From Lama guanicoe (taxonomy: Eukaryota), in contig MU053645.1 in NCBI GenBank assembly GCA_013239625.1, positions 1,604,274 through 1,668,273 of the forward strand: DNA of 64,000 nucleotides. Reading direction: 5' to 3'. Below, piece after piece: positions 46,155 to 59,949 of the stretch (the first letter of the stretch is position 1; every line of letters starts with the position of its first letter). A model generated the notes under the pieces. The model did not search any database. It saw only the letters and a list, made by a program, of their open reading frames with translations, and was not told where the DNA came from. A program made the translations under genes and the position numbers.

Positions 46155-46730
46155 TGTGTCTTACAGAGAAAATGCATGCATTAGATAAGCTTCATTCAGG
46201 TACGAGTTACAGTGATACTGGCTGTGAGTTCAATTTATTAATTTAACAATAGGGTGCATCTAGCAAAGGGAAGAGGAAACTTACTGATCTATAGGTGACA
46301 CCACTCCAGAAATCGCTAAACTAACATCTGTTGTGTGTGATGAAGCTATGGGAAAGATGGAAAAGTAGCTAAATTTGTGGATTCATAGGATGACAACCAA
46401 ATTTTATAAAACCTGGTAGACAACATTGTTGTGAGGCTGTGAGCCAAGGAAACTTAGTCATGTTACCCAGGGTCAGGAAAATGTTAGACCCTTCTCACTA
46501 GTGTTTTATTATAAAGAAATATTGCATATAATTATTTTAAGTAATATAAAATAAGATGTCTTTAAACAGAAATACAAGTGAAACAAGTTATATGTTGATT
46601 GGTTGATGAGACAGTGACCAGGACTTGCAGGAACCTCACCCTGTATATCCATTAGAAGCAATGACTCCACATTTGCTAATTCAGTGCTCGAGATAACTTT
46701 ATTGAACATAACTACCATATATAGTGAGAA
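46155..46730. mobile_element. Tigger-family (TcMar) DNA transposon remnant
   Basis: ttagataagcttcattcagg...tgtgagttcaat and gcaggaacctcaccctgtat...gcaatg match recalled Tigger3/MER7-type sequence. Confidence 0.6.
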
Positions 46731-46731
46731 T

Positions 46732-46735
<4 letters not shown>

Positions 46736-46763
<28 letters not shown>
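46736..46763. repeat. (GT)n microsatellite
   Basis: Perfect dinucleotide run. Confidence 0.95.
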
Positions 46764-46834
46764 TGTGGAGTATTTTAATACAAATTTCAGTCATCCGAAC
46801 ATTTCCTTTGTAAATATTAAGTATGTTTCTCCAG

Positions 46835-47252
46835 TATGTTGGTTCTCCAAGTGTGGTCTGGGGACCTTGGGGGCGCCTGACACCTGAGTTCAAAGTGTCT
46901 GGGAAATCCTCCTTTTTCCCACTACATACCTCCATAAGGTTGGATTTTCTTTATATACTTCAACCAAAATAACTACAACTATATCACAGTGCTGAAACAA
47001 ATATAAGAATCTAGCTGTCTTTTATGAAAGCAGACATGAAAGAGATTTTCAAAAATAGAAAACATTAAAAAAATTTTTTTGTTTTGAAAATATAGTTATT
47101 TTATTTTAATAAAATATGTTCTTTATGTTAACATGTAATGGGTTTATTATTATTTTTAATGAATTAATTTTTTAGGTATTTTCAGTTCTGATTTTGAATA
47201 TAGTAAATATTGATAGATCTGTAACCTACATAAGCAGAAGCTCTTTAGGGTC
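46835..47252. mobile_element. hAT-Charlie MER remnant
   Basis: ggttctccaagtgtggtctggggacc...aagaatctagctgtctt...aagctctttagggtc. Confidence 0.5.
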
Positions 47253-47519
47253 AAAGAAATAGTAGTAATATGTTTTTACTATGCACATGTAATTTTATTT
47301 TAAGCTATATTGTAAGAAAGCTGTCAGAATGTAAAAAGAAGCACTAGTGCTAGCACTAGTCCTTTGAGCACATGTTTGTGAAACTTGCCAAAAGGAGGAG
47401 GAATTTTTAAACGACTCCAGCTATGCATGAAAAGAAACTAACACAGAGTGATTCTCGTAACTAAATTCACCAAGGCTACTTTTTGAAACTCTGGAATCCC
47501 ACAGTAGCTTTTTGAAAAA

Positions 47520-49345
47520 AAACCCTTTTTGGTCTCACAGGGTGTTGCGAAAGTGCTGCTTAGAGGCCCACTTGCCTGTCACCAGGCTTACTCCAATGGT
47601 GGTATCTTACATAATTGTAGGAAAATATCAAGTCCAGGAAATTGGTATTGGTATAATATTGTTAACTAGACTACAGAGCTTATTCAGTTGTCATCACTTT
47701 TTACATGCATACATTTTCATGTGTGTAGCTCTATACAGTGTTATCCCATGTATGGATTTGTGTAACCACCACCACCACCGTCAAGATATAAAACTGTTCA
47801 TTTATCTCAAAAGTGCTCTCCCTTGTGGTACCCCTTTATGTTTTCAGCCCCTTGCTTCATTCTGTCCTTATACCCTGGCAATGATTAATCTCTTCCTAGT
47901 CTCTCTAGTTTTGACATTTTAAGAATGTTATATAAATAGAATCCTATAATATGTAACCTTTTGGGATTGACTTTTTTTTTTTACTAAATGAAATGCCTTT
48001 GAGGTCTAGCCTAGCTGCTGTGTATATCAATAGTTTGTTCCTATTTATTGCTGAGTAGTGTTCAACTGGATGGATGTACCAGAATTTGTTTATTCAATCA
48101 CTAATTGAAGGACATTTGGATTATTTCCTGCTTTGCCATTATGAATTAAGCTGCTGTGAATATTCATGTACAGGTTGTTGTGTGAACACGTTTTCATTTC
48201 TCTGGGATAAATGCCCGAAAGTGTACTTGTAGGGTCATATGATAAATGCCTGTTTTGTTTTATAAGAAACTACCAGAATGATTTCCAGAGCCTTATTGTT
48301 TTACATTCCCAGCAACATTGTGTGAAACATCCTATTTTCCACACCTTTGCCAACATTTGGTATTGCTATTTTATATTTACCCATTCTAATGGGTGTATAA
48401 GGGTAGCTTACTGTGGTTTTAATTTTCATTCCCCTAATGGCTAATGATGTTGAATATCTTTTTGTGTGTTACTTTGCCATCTGTGTATCTTCTTTGGTGA
48501 GATTCTGTTCATGTCTTTTGCTCATTCTCTAATTGGATCATTTGTTTTTTACTGTTGAGGTCATCTGAGAATTCTTTATACAGTCTAGATACCAATCCTT
48601 TGTTGGATATGTGGTTTGCATATATTATCTCCCGGTCTGTAGCTTGTCTTTTCCTCTTCTTACAGCACAAGAATTTTTAATTTTGGTCAAGTCCGATTAA
48701 TAATGTTTTTTTCTTTTATGGATGTCATTTTTTTTGGTGTCTAGTCTGAGAAATTTCAACAAGATTGAGGTCCCAAAGATTTTTCTCTTATGTTTTCTGC
48801 TAAAAGTTTCATAGTTTTACATTTTATATGTAAGACCATGATTCATTTTCAGTTAATTTTTGTATCTGGTTTGAGGTTCAAGTTGAAGTTCATTTTTTTT
48901 ACCTGTAGATCTTCAATTGTTCAAGCACCATTTTTTGAAAAAGCTGTTCTTCTATTGAATTTTTTACACGTTTGTCAAAAATCAGTTGGGTATATTTGTG
49001 TTGGTCTATTTCTGGGTTCTTTATTTGGTTTCCACTGATCCGTGTCTCTCATTCCTCTAATAACACACTTTCTCAGTTTACTGTAGCTGTATAATATGTC
49101 TGATGAATAAAGTGATTCTCCCCAGTTTATTCTTCATTTTCAAAATTGTTTTAGCTATCATAGTTACTTTGCTTTTCCTTACAAATTTTAGAATAAGCTT
49201 GTATGTATCTGAAAATTCTTGCTGGGATTGTGATACTAATTGTTTTAAACCTAGAGATCACTGTGGGGAGAATTGACATCTTTACTATTTTGAGGCTTCC
49301 AGTCAGTGAACACTGCATGTCTCTCCATTCTTTTAGATCTTTGCT
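47520..49345 (-). mobile_element. Old LINE-1 (L1MC-like) 3' region
   Basis: Antisense L1 3' UTR and ORF2 remnants across the interval. Confidence 0.8.
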
Positions 49346-52219
49346 TGCTTGCTTTCGTCAGTTTGACAGGAAGAGGTACACCTACGAAGGGAGAGGACTG
49401 GTAGAATTTCAGTGGCTTTATCTTGCTCTGTGAACTCCGAACCCTTAATTGCCTCCTTTGTGGTGACAGCTCTCTCATAAGTTCATTGTGAAGATTTAAG
49501 GAGACACTACAGATCTGAGTCCTGCCTCTGACATGTTTATTTTCCTCCTTATTTTTCCTCTTTTTAGTTTTTGGGCCTCTTAAGTCCTGTCTGTGAACCC
49601 ACATGCAAAATAATGGAACTGACTTCCACGGGGTTGTTGTGAGGAAATGACGTGAGAGAATTCAAGTGAAGCACCAAGGAGGCTGCCTGGCACAGAGGAG
49701 GGGCATGATAAGCAGTGGCTGTATCAGTATCACTATATGAATGTATGGAGGTAAAACTGTAATTTCTTCCTTTCACTGAGAGAAACTGGTGATAGAAATC
49801 AGGGATCTAGTCCAAAGACCTGCCAGCACAAGGCAGGTAGCAGGATCTTGCTGAAGGTTCGGGAGAGTGGAGGAAGTTCATCCTCACACAGCAGACAACG
49901 TGAAAGAGAACCTCAGAGCCAAGTGCCTGCTATGACCCAGCTTTTATAGAAAAAGAACTGGAACATATATGTTTATGTAAAAGCAGATCTGGAAGAACAT
50001 ATACCAGTCTGGACTGTGGGGAGATGGGGTAACTTTCACTTTATCTTTTACTTTGTTCCTTTCTGTGTTTGAAAGCTGTTTCATTTTAATTGAGCATATA
50101 CTACACTAAACAATGTTAAAATTATTTTTAAAAGGCCAACCAATAAAAAAGTAACCAATCAGTAAATTACACTAAAAAATCTCAAGGCAGTTTCACTCAA
50201 ACTTCTCTTCCATTCAGCCTCCTGCCTGGCCCTTAGGCTCCCTCATCTCCTTAGCTTAGCAGCTCCCATCCTCCAGAGTTCCTTCTGCAGTTATCCTTGT
50301 ACAGAGAAGTTTTGCTGCTATCTTCCTGTAGACCCAGGCCATCTCATCCAAGTCCAGAGAGCCTCACTCACCTCCCTAAGCACACAAGCATAAAGCATTC
50401 TTGTGTTCCTAAGCAAAGACAGTTCCTGTTCTGACAAGAATTATTTGGTTAGCTCAAAGGATTTTTATTCTCTCTGCCTTCGCATGGGCAAAGTAACCTA
50501 AGGCTATGGAGTTTAATGGAATTCCCTGTGAAGAGGCTGAGGGAGGGCTTAGATAATCCACCTACAATCCTGTTTGGAAAATTTGGAAAGAAGCGTTTGA
50601 TGCAGTTATGATGGCATTCTGTGGCATGGCAGTTAAAATGCACCAGGCCCTCTTAGAAATTTCCCAGATGTGCACACATTTCATTCTCACCACAACCCTA
50701 TGAGGGACTTCCTGTTATGACTCCAGTTTACCAAGGAGGAAGCTGAAGCACAGTGAAGTTCACTACCATGCATAAGTTGTAAGGGAAGGAGCAAGGGTTT
50801 CAAGAATGCCCAAATCATGTCCCTCCTCTCTTTATCCAACTGCCCAACCCCTCCGTAGGCAACCTACCTGGCTGCTTTTATACAAAATGCAGTATTGGAA
50901 TCAGGAGATCACTGCTTTAAGAGCTCAGTCAGTGCTAACTCCCAAAAGCCAGAGTGAAGAACCTGGTTTATTTGGTACAGTGTAGCAAAATGTCCAGCTT
51001 GAAACTAAATTTCTGATTACCTTCTTCTTCATCCATGTTATTAAGGGTAGTTATGTCCTTATAAAAGGAAGATTTAGGGTAGCTAAACAAAGAAGGGGGT
51101 GATGTAGTCTCATTCTACAAAATGCAAGTGAGATCAACCTTTTTTCAGTGGAGTACTTCAAGATGTGGTATTTAGCAAGTGTCAAGGTTGCTGATTGGGA
51201 CTGTAGAGCCAGAAGTTTACAGAAGCCTGTGACCATCTTGAGGCTAAATTCTGCCCTTGGTCTTCCGCCAGCGAAGTGCCTGCATCTGCTGGAAGTGGAT
51301 AAGAAAACATGTAGAACTGAATGATGATGAAAAATCTGATTTTCAGCCAAGCTTGTGGAATACACCACAAACAGTACTAGAAAGCAAATTTAAAGGCAAA
51401 GTGTGTATATTTAAAGTGAAAGACTGGAAATATGTGCAGCAAATCTCCAATATAATTTAGGTAAGGTAGAAGGGAGGATCTAATAAAGATAAGAGTGGAA
51501 ATCATTGAAGTAGAAAACAAATAGAAAAGTCAGAGAAACCAAAAGTAAATTTGTCCAAAAGACTAGTAGATGAACCTCTGGAAAAACTGACTCAGAATAA
51601 AGAGAAATGCACAAACAAGAATAAAAAGAATGTATTCTAAATGCCACTGAATTATACACTTGAAATGGTAAATTTTGTTATATGAATTTTTCCCCAATAA
51701 AAAAATATTTGGAATGGAAAAGGGGAGAGTAACTATGGATAGGATACAGATGAATAATACCATTTGATATGATGTTTAGTAATTGCTTTAAAATATGCCA
51801 TTAAAAATTATAGGGAATTACAGATGAAGATATGCAAATGTTAATTCTTGAAGCTGGCTGATGGGAACACGAGGGTTCACTATACCATTCTCTATCCCTT
51901 TGTATGTGTTTGAAAAGTTCCATTAAAAAAGTTAAAATGCAACTCCCTAAATCATTTGAAAACATAGGTAATTTGGTGATTTCTTAGAGTTGAATAAATA
52001 TGGCATATTAAAGTCTATAGTAGCTCTGAGTTAAAAGAGCATTACAGGCACATGAAGAAATGAGGAAGGACCCTGAATGTGAGCCAGTGCTACCAAAGTA
52101 GGTCATAGAATGGGCCACCTATCCCCCCTGCTCCTGTGAAACATAGTCCTTCATTCAGCAGCTCTGCTTCTAGGAATTTCTCCTCTGGAAGTATTGGTTA
52201 CATGTGCAAACCACAAGCA

Positions 52220-52515
52220 TGTAGACCCCAGACTGGTTGGAACCAGAAGTTTAATGATTAAGCTCCCCTAAACATCATGCTGTTACCTCACCACCAGCCA
52301 GTCAAAAGAAAGTCCGTGAGCTGCAGCCCTCACCTGAAATGTCTTTAAACCCTGAAAGCCACTGGGGAGTTTAGGTCTTTTGAGCGTGAGCTGCCCAGTC
52401 TCCTTGCCTGGTGCCCTGCAATAAACACTGTACTTTCCTTCACCACAGCCCAGTGTCAGGAGATTGACTTTTCTGTGCAGAGGGCAAGCAGACTCGAGTT
52501 CCATTTGGTATCAGT
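52220..52515 (+). mobile_element. ERV1-type LTR fragment
   Basis: gagctgcccagtctccttgcctggtgccctgcAATAAAcactgtactttccttcaccacagccc is a typical R/U5 region. Confidence 0.6.
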
Positions 52516-53325
52516 AGTTCTGTTTATATAACGTTTGAAAACAGAACAACAGTGTTGGGGATTCATATTTGAGTGGCAACGCTCTAAAGAAAAGCAAGAA
52601 AGTAATACCTATAACTATCATGAGAGTGGTTTCCTTTAGGGAAGAGGAGAGAGGCTGTGATTGCACAGGGGCTCACAGGGATTTCAGGAGTTCTGGCCAT
52701 GCTCTCTTTCTTGATCTTTGTAGTAGTTTGCTTTTATGACAATTTTTTTCTCTTCCTTCTCTTAAAATTTTTTTCTTTTTAAAAATATTTCTAAATAAAA
52801 AAAATTTTTAATTGAAGTATAGTCAATTACAATATGCCCATTTCTGGTGTACAGCATAATGTCTCATATGTACAGTCATGCATATATATATATATACACA
52901 TATATACATACATTCATTTTCATATTCTATTTTATTAAAGGTAATTACAAGGTATTGAATCTAGTTCCCTGTGCTACACAGAAGAAACTTGTTTTTTTAA
53001 TCTATTTTTATATATAGTGGTTAACCTTTATAATAATTTGTTAGGCTGTATACTTATATTTTATGCATTTTCTGTTATTTTGCCCTCAGTAAGAATGTTT
53101 TAGAACCTGAAGATAATATTAGGATCTATCTCAGGGTTAACTGTGATAATGAAATGAAACCATGTTGAGCTCTTAGAATATGCCTGGTACTTTGAAAGAC
53201 CTTAATAAATGTTAGCTATCTACAATAAAAGTTTGCTGTTATGTTTTTCATATTTGTTGCCTATATTTCTCAGCTTGTTGTTTGTCTTTTATTTCTGTTA
53301 ATGCTGTCTTTTGAGTTATTGGTCT

Positions 53326-53912
53326 TGAAGGAGGATTAATAAAATGGCCTCCCTTCGGCTAACGGATTGCTTATTATGTTTGCCCTTAAAACAGTCAGCT
53401 GACCTGACTGACCAGTTGCTACTCACAGTTCCAGGCCCATTGTTAAAACTAAAGCTATTGATCTTACTGTTTATACTTTATTCCAGGAATCGAAACCTAT
53501 AATCATGCTTGGTCTCTGAGTCGATTTCCAGGGAGAAGGTCACAGAACTGTAACCTTACAAAGTAGGCTAAATACCAAAAAGACCACACCTTGAGTGCTT
53601 ACGGGATAAAGAAAAAGTGACAACAGCTAGCCTCTATAGAATTGGTCGCCTGGAGGCATCATGATGCCCGTCTAAGTCTTCTGATGAGAAAATGATTCTG
53701 TTGATTGTTATCGATGTTTTATTGTTTGAGCTGTGACTGTATAACCACCCTGCCCCATCCCCAAGGTGGGTTCACAGTTTTGAAGGCACTAGCCTGCTGT
53801 GAGTCCCCTTTGCCCAGCAAAGTAATGAAGCTGTCTCTTTTTTTCTAAGCTCCAAGCCCCCGTCTATGAGTTATTTGGTTCGTCAGGGAAGGGGGCCAAT
53901 CTTTCGGCAACA
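53326..53912 (+). mobile_element. ERV1-type solo LTR, about 587 bp
   Basis: TGAAGG...GGCAACA termini; near-TSD GTCT/GCCT; TATAA-like and poly(A)-like elements in order. Confidence 0.7.
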
Positions 53913-55488
53913 GCCTTTCCTTTATAATTTCTTTCATCATTCTTAACCATAGAAAGTCTTCTCCAGTACAGAGATTTAATAAATATTTTATTTTCTTTGC
54001 AGTTTCAAAAGGAGTTGCTTTTGATCATTTGATTCTTTTTCTTCATTTCATAACAACATATTTAAAAATTAGTACACACTTGGATAAAATTTACATTTAT
54101 TTCTCAAATTGACGTGGAATTCATATGTAATGTCATGGGAGAAAATAAACTGATCTTTTCTCCAATCAGGTAATGAAGTCCCCCCTAGCACCACTATTTA
54201 ACAATTCATCTCTTCCCCACTGAATTCTGCTGCTTTCTCCTTTTGCATATGTTAAATTCACAAGCATTTGCACCTAAAGCATAGAAATGGAATGTGATAA
54301 TGCAGCTGAAGGAGGGGGAGGGGATGGTTGCCAGGCAGCTGCAAGCTGGAGGGACAGAAAATGTAGAAAAGCCTTTTTTCTGTCAAAGAAGTGTTCCTTA
54401 AAGATTCCATCCTTGTGTGTGACACACAAGCCGCCTGCGCTTCTGACCCTCGACTAATCACTTCATGTGCGGAGACGTCAGTCTCCTCACGCGACACTTG
54501 CGGATAGCTACAGCACCTGCGTCACAGGGTGCGGGGCACAAGAGCTAACTGCAGTAAGGAGCACAAGCTTTGGAGTCAGTCGGCCAGGTGTCTCGTCCCT
54601 GGCTCCACCACTGACTAGCTTCATGACCCTATGTCGTTTCCTAACTTTCCAACCTGTTTCCTCATCTGAATATGTGACAATTAATAGTAATGAAATTAAT
54701 ATTAATAGTAAATTAGAAATAGAAAGAGTAATAGCTATCTTCTGAGGTTGCTTCTGGGAATTAAAGAGCTATACTGGACTTTAAGGGCTTACTTAGCATG
54801 AGGGTGCCTGACGCATAATAAGCTTTCAATGAATCACATTTGTGGTGATTTTAATCTTTCTATCACTATTATGATGGAACAATGAGGAAGAGAAAAAAAT
54901 TCAGGAAAGGAGACTAAGAACTAGGCACCAAAAAAGATCTCAGAGGGGGAAACTAAGAGACAGGGGTGTCATGGAAACCAAGGGAAGATCGTATCTAGAA
55001 GGAGGGAGATAATGCAAAGGAAGGTCATTCAAAGGCTAGTTTCTCCTGCAAAAGACCCATTTCATCTCTTAGCGACTAATGAGACTGGAGGCAGAGAGGA
55101 AGGAAGAAAACCCATCACCTTCAATAAAGGCTATTAGATGCAAAAGTATCTAAAAGCATTCTTTCGCCTATTTCCCTCAATCTGATCTGAATTCCCAGGT
55201 CTCCCACGTCTTCCAAATAGGGAAAATACGTATTTCCTGAATAAAGGAAAAGCCAGTCTCACACAAACTAAAATAAACTATCAGGTTCGCGTCATTTTGG
55301 TGAAATAAAAATCTAGACAATTTCAAGTTTATACAACAGAGCTGAGGCTGGGGAGGGAAGAAAAAGGGATGAATTACGGGTTTTCAAAGCAGTGGTCTGT
55401 GAACCCCCAAGCTAACTCCAGTGAAAAGGAGGGTGGTGTATTTTAAAGAAAAATTGAGAAAAGAGAGCAGAAAGAGGAATGATATTCT

Positions 55489-55734
55489 TTGGAGTTTTTT
55501 GAGGGGGAGGTAATTAGGTATATATATATATNNNNNNNNNNNNNNNNNNNNNNNNNNNNNNNNNNNNNNNNNNNNNNNNNNNNNNNNNNNNNNNNNNNNN
55601 NNNNNNNNNNNNNNNNNNNNNNNNNNNNNNNNNNNNNNNNNNNNNTATATATATAATGGAGGTACTGCGTATTGAACCCAGGACCTCGTGCACACTAAGC
55701 ACATGCTCTACCATTGAGCTATACTCTCCCCCCC
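55489..55734 (-). mobile_element. tRNA-derived SINE (vic-1-like, camelid) with internal (TA)n tract and gap
   Basis: Minus-strand head GGGGGGAGAGTATAGCTCAATGGTAGAGCATGTGCTTAGTGTGCACGAGGTCCTGGGTTCAATACGCAGTACCTCCA; 14-bp TSD AGGAATGATATTCT at 55475-55488 and 55735-55748. Confidence 0.85.
55532..55645. other. Assembly gap (114 N) inside a (TA)n tract
   Basis: Run of N. Confidence 0.99.
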
Positions 55735-56930
55735 AGGAATGATATTCTAAGATATTAATAATAAGAATGATAATCTAAGATAATGAATGATCCCCTCCAA
55801 GTGTAGATTTAGAGAAGGGTATAGTGGACTAAAGTATTATAAAGCTACAATAGTCAGGGAATGGGGGACCTGAGTGGAGCTACCTCCTTCCTGGAGGGGA
55901 GAGATCCCCTGTGACTCTGGAGAGATAGAGGTGGCTGCCATGGGCCAGAAAGTGCCCCAGAGGGATACCAGGAGTGGGCCTCACAAGCCTTTGCCCCTGG
56001 CCAGCTCTCAGCTGAAGGGTCGAAGGCAGAGGAGCCCTCCCAGCCGCCTTCTGGCCCTGAGGGTTAAGGAGGTGAGATTAAAAGCACCCGTGGACTGCTG
56101 GGGGTCGAGGAGGAGTGACGGCAGAGCACAGGAGGCTGAGCCTCCACCCCCTCCACCTGCAGACACTGTGGCTGGAGGGCGTGCGTGGGTTGTGAGGTCA
56201 GACTGTGATGGAGCAGGAGCATGAGGCCAGGGAGGAGCTGATGGGGGTGATTCTGGAAGGAGAAGCAAGTCAAGGCAGGTTCTGGGTGTGGCAGCCCAGG
56301 GAAGGCTGCAGTGGTCTTCTTGCAGTGACTGGCTTCTACCCCTCCCTCAGTGCCTCAGCCTGGAGGGCGGGGGACCCCGGTGTCCCTGTTGTCGCTACTG
56401 AACAGGCCATCAACTGCTCCCATAATTAGAGCCCCAACCGCCCTCTCCCCTCGGGACCACACAGCGCAGGGTTCTGTGTGAAACCTCTGGGTCTGTGAAT
56501 CCTACCAGGCTTCCTGCAAATCTAGCTGTGAGTCCCCTGCCTGGTCGTCATGCCCTCTCCCCTCCACCCACACACAGAGAAAGCTCTGTGCTTTCTCTCC
56601 TCCACACACCATCTCCCATGCAGCACACCCTGTCCTCTCACCCCTATTCTTTTCCTGACAAACTCCCTCAGGTCTTCATTCATTTCACTCCACACACAGA
56701 CATAAATGAAATCATTGCCCTACCAACCTTGTCCTGCTCACAAGGACAGGAACTTCTTTACCCACCAGGAACATGGGACCCTCAAAGACTGAGGTCACAA
56801 GTCAGTCATTTTTTTTTAAATCACCCTCCAATCTGAAGCCATGGGATGTAGCAGGAGCAGATGTCCAGGAAGGTCCTTCTGTGTTTTCTCTCCCCTATTA
56901 ATACCCTCAGTTCTAAAACGGTATGTGGAT

Positions 56931-57022
56931 GGGGTGGGGGGTATAGCTCAGTGATAGAGCATGTGCTTGGCATGCACAAGGTCCTGGGTTCAATCCCCAG
57001 TACATCTGCTAAGGGAAAAATT
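56931..57022 (+). mobile_element. Short tRNA-derived SINE (vic-1-like)
   Basis: A box TAGCTCAGTGATAG and B box GGTTCAATCCC followed by an A-rich tail; same family as 55489-55734. Confidence 0.8.
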
Positions 57023-58214
57023 AAAGGGGTCTGTGACATTCTAATTTCCTTGTGTTTTCACACACCCTGGCATCTGGATTGCTTCTCATCTTTCCTTGGC
57101 AAGTCCCATTTCTTGGATCACGGAAAGTTAGCTGGGAGTCCTTGGGCTTCTGGTGTCCTCTAGCATGTAGCTAGGGTGAGGTTTGCATTGTGCTGCTCCC
57201 CCTGATACTGAACTCTCATGAATAGCTCCTTTCTCTGTAATTGGAAAGGAGGCAGAGGGTAGAATCAACCCAAGGGACAGTCTTATTCAGGTGTTGTCCA
57301 GAAGGAGCAGTAGCAGCAATCTAAGGAATCTACCCAGGCAAGGGAGAGCCTTCCCTTCCTAAAGTGAACAGAATGGAGCCCTTGAAATACCCATATCCCA
57401 TTTTTGCCCCACCCCTGTCCCCATCATCAGAGTTCTCAAGATGCATTAGGGAAGAAAGCATTGTTAACTAGTGGGGCAGATTTGACTCTGTGACATAGGA
57501 GACAGATCAGTTGTGATAAGGGACTCTGGGAGATAGTCAACTTATTTCAGCTTCCATTTTCCTCATCTGTAAATGAGGTTCATAAAAACTCCACTTCACA
57601 GTACGACCCCCCATTTATAGCTTCTATATTTAGTTTTCTTATTATTTTCCTTCTGTACTCCTAAAAGTATTATCACACACAGAGACATTAAACTTGATGC
57701 TTACATATATTAATTGACATAGAAATCCACAACATATATTATTTGGTGAAAATATACACAGTATAGAACAGCACTTATATTTGATCACTTTTATCTATAC
57801 ATATATCTTTCTGGGTACACAAGAAGAGGGAAATATTTAGGACATTCATCCAAGGACTGACTGGTTATACAAGGGTGGACAGTTTCAGGTAATGCATACT
57901 TTAGTTTTTGTTTTTTCCTTCACTTTTTGAAGGCTTAACAATGAGTTATACTCCTTACATAAAAAGAATAAAGTCATCAAGGAAATAGACATAGACACAT
58001 CAAGAGAATAGACACTTAGGCAGATGGAGGAAGGAGCAGGGATAGAGGTCAGGCCATTCTTTCCACTTTGCTGGTATACATAACCTCTTCTCCAAAGAAA
58101 GCCACTTTGTGGATAAATTCATGCAAAGCCTCCCCCACCACCCCACCACCACTGTTTTCCCTATCACCAGTCTCTGAATACAGTTATGGGTTTACTTAGG
58201 GCTGGTCTAGCACC

Positions 58215-59477
<1,263 letters not shown>

Positions 59478-59544
59478 CTAATCTGCAGGCGAAACCCCCA
59501 AAGCAACGTTTCCGAGCTCTGCCTTTCTTGTATCTCAATAGGAA

Positions 59545-59576
59545 CTGCAAAGAAAAGAAAAGAATAAGTCAGTAAG
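59545..59576 (-). other. ZCCHC18: Splice acceptor of the ZCCHC18 coding exon (exon starts about 59544)
   Basis: Minus strand cttACTGACttattcttttcttttctttgCAG|TTCC: branch point, polypyrimidine tract and CAG; no ATG between it and the start codon. A weaker acceptor (ttttgttatattcag) lies at 59441-59442. Confidence 0.75.
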
Positions 59577-59949
59577 ATAGTAGACTGCAGGGAAGCAGTC
59601 TGCGGTCGTTTTCTTTATCTTCCCGAACACCCGGCAGTACACTTTCCATTTGCCCACTGCAGGAAACTGGAATTGAAAATACCTTACAGGAAACTGGCAA
59701 TTATAACCTTCAGGAGCTAGTGGGTGTCCCATGCAAGCAGGGAGCTTGTCGGAGCTACAACCATTCCCTCCCACCTGTTACTTAGGTGGCAACTGTTAGA
59801 ATTCTAGGTGAAATTGTCAGTGTGTGGAGCCGATATTGAGCTTTCAAAATAGACTGCAACGGTCTAAGTCTCACAAATTTGTGGTAGTAAATAAGATCTC
59901 CATTAAACTCATGATCTCAGGTCTCAACCACACCCCCTTCTCAAAGCTT

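Noticed and set aside
56931..57022. tRNA gene
   Set aside because: A and B boxes are present but the acceptor stem does not pair well and an A-rich tail follows; it matches the SINE at 55489-55734.
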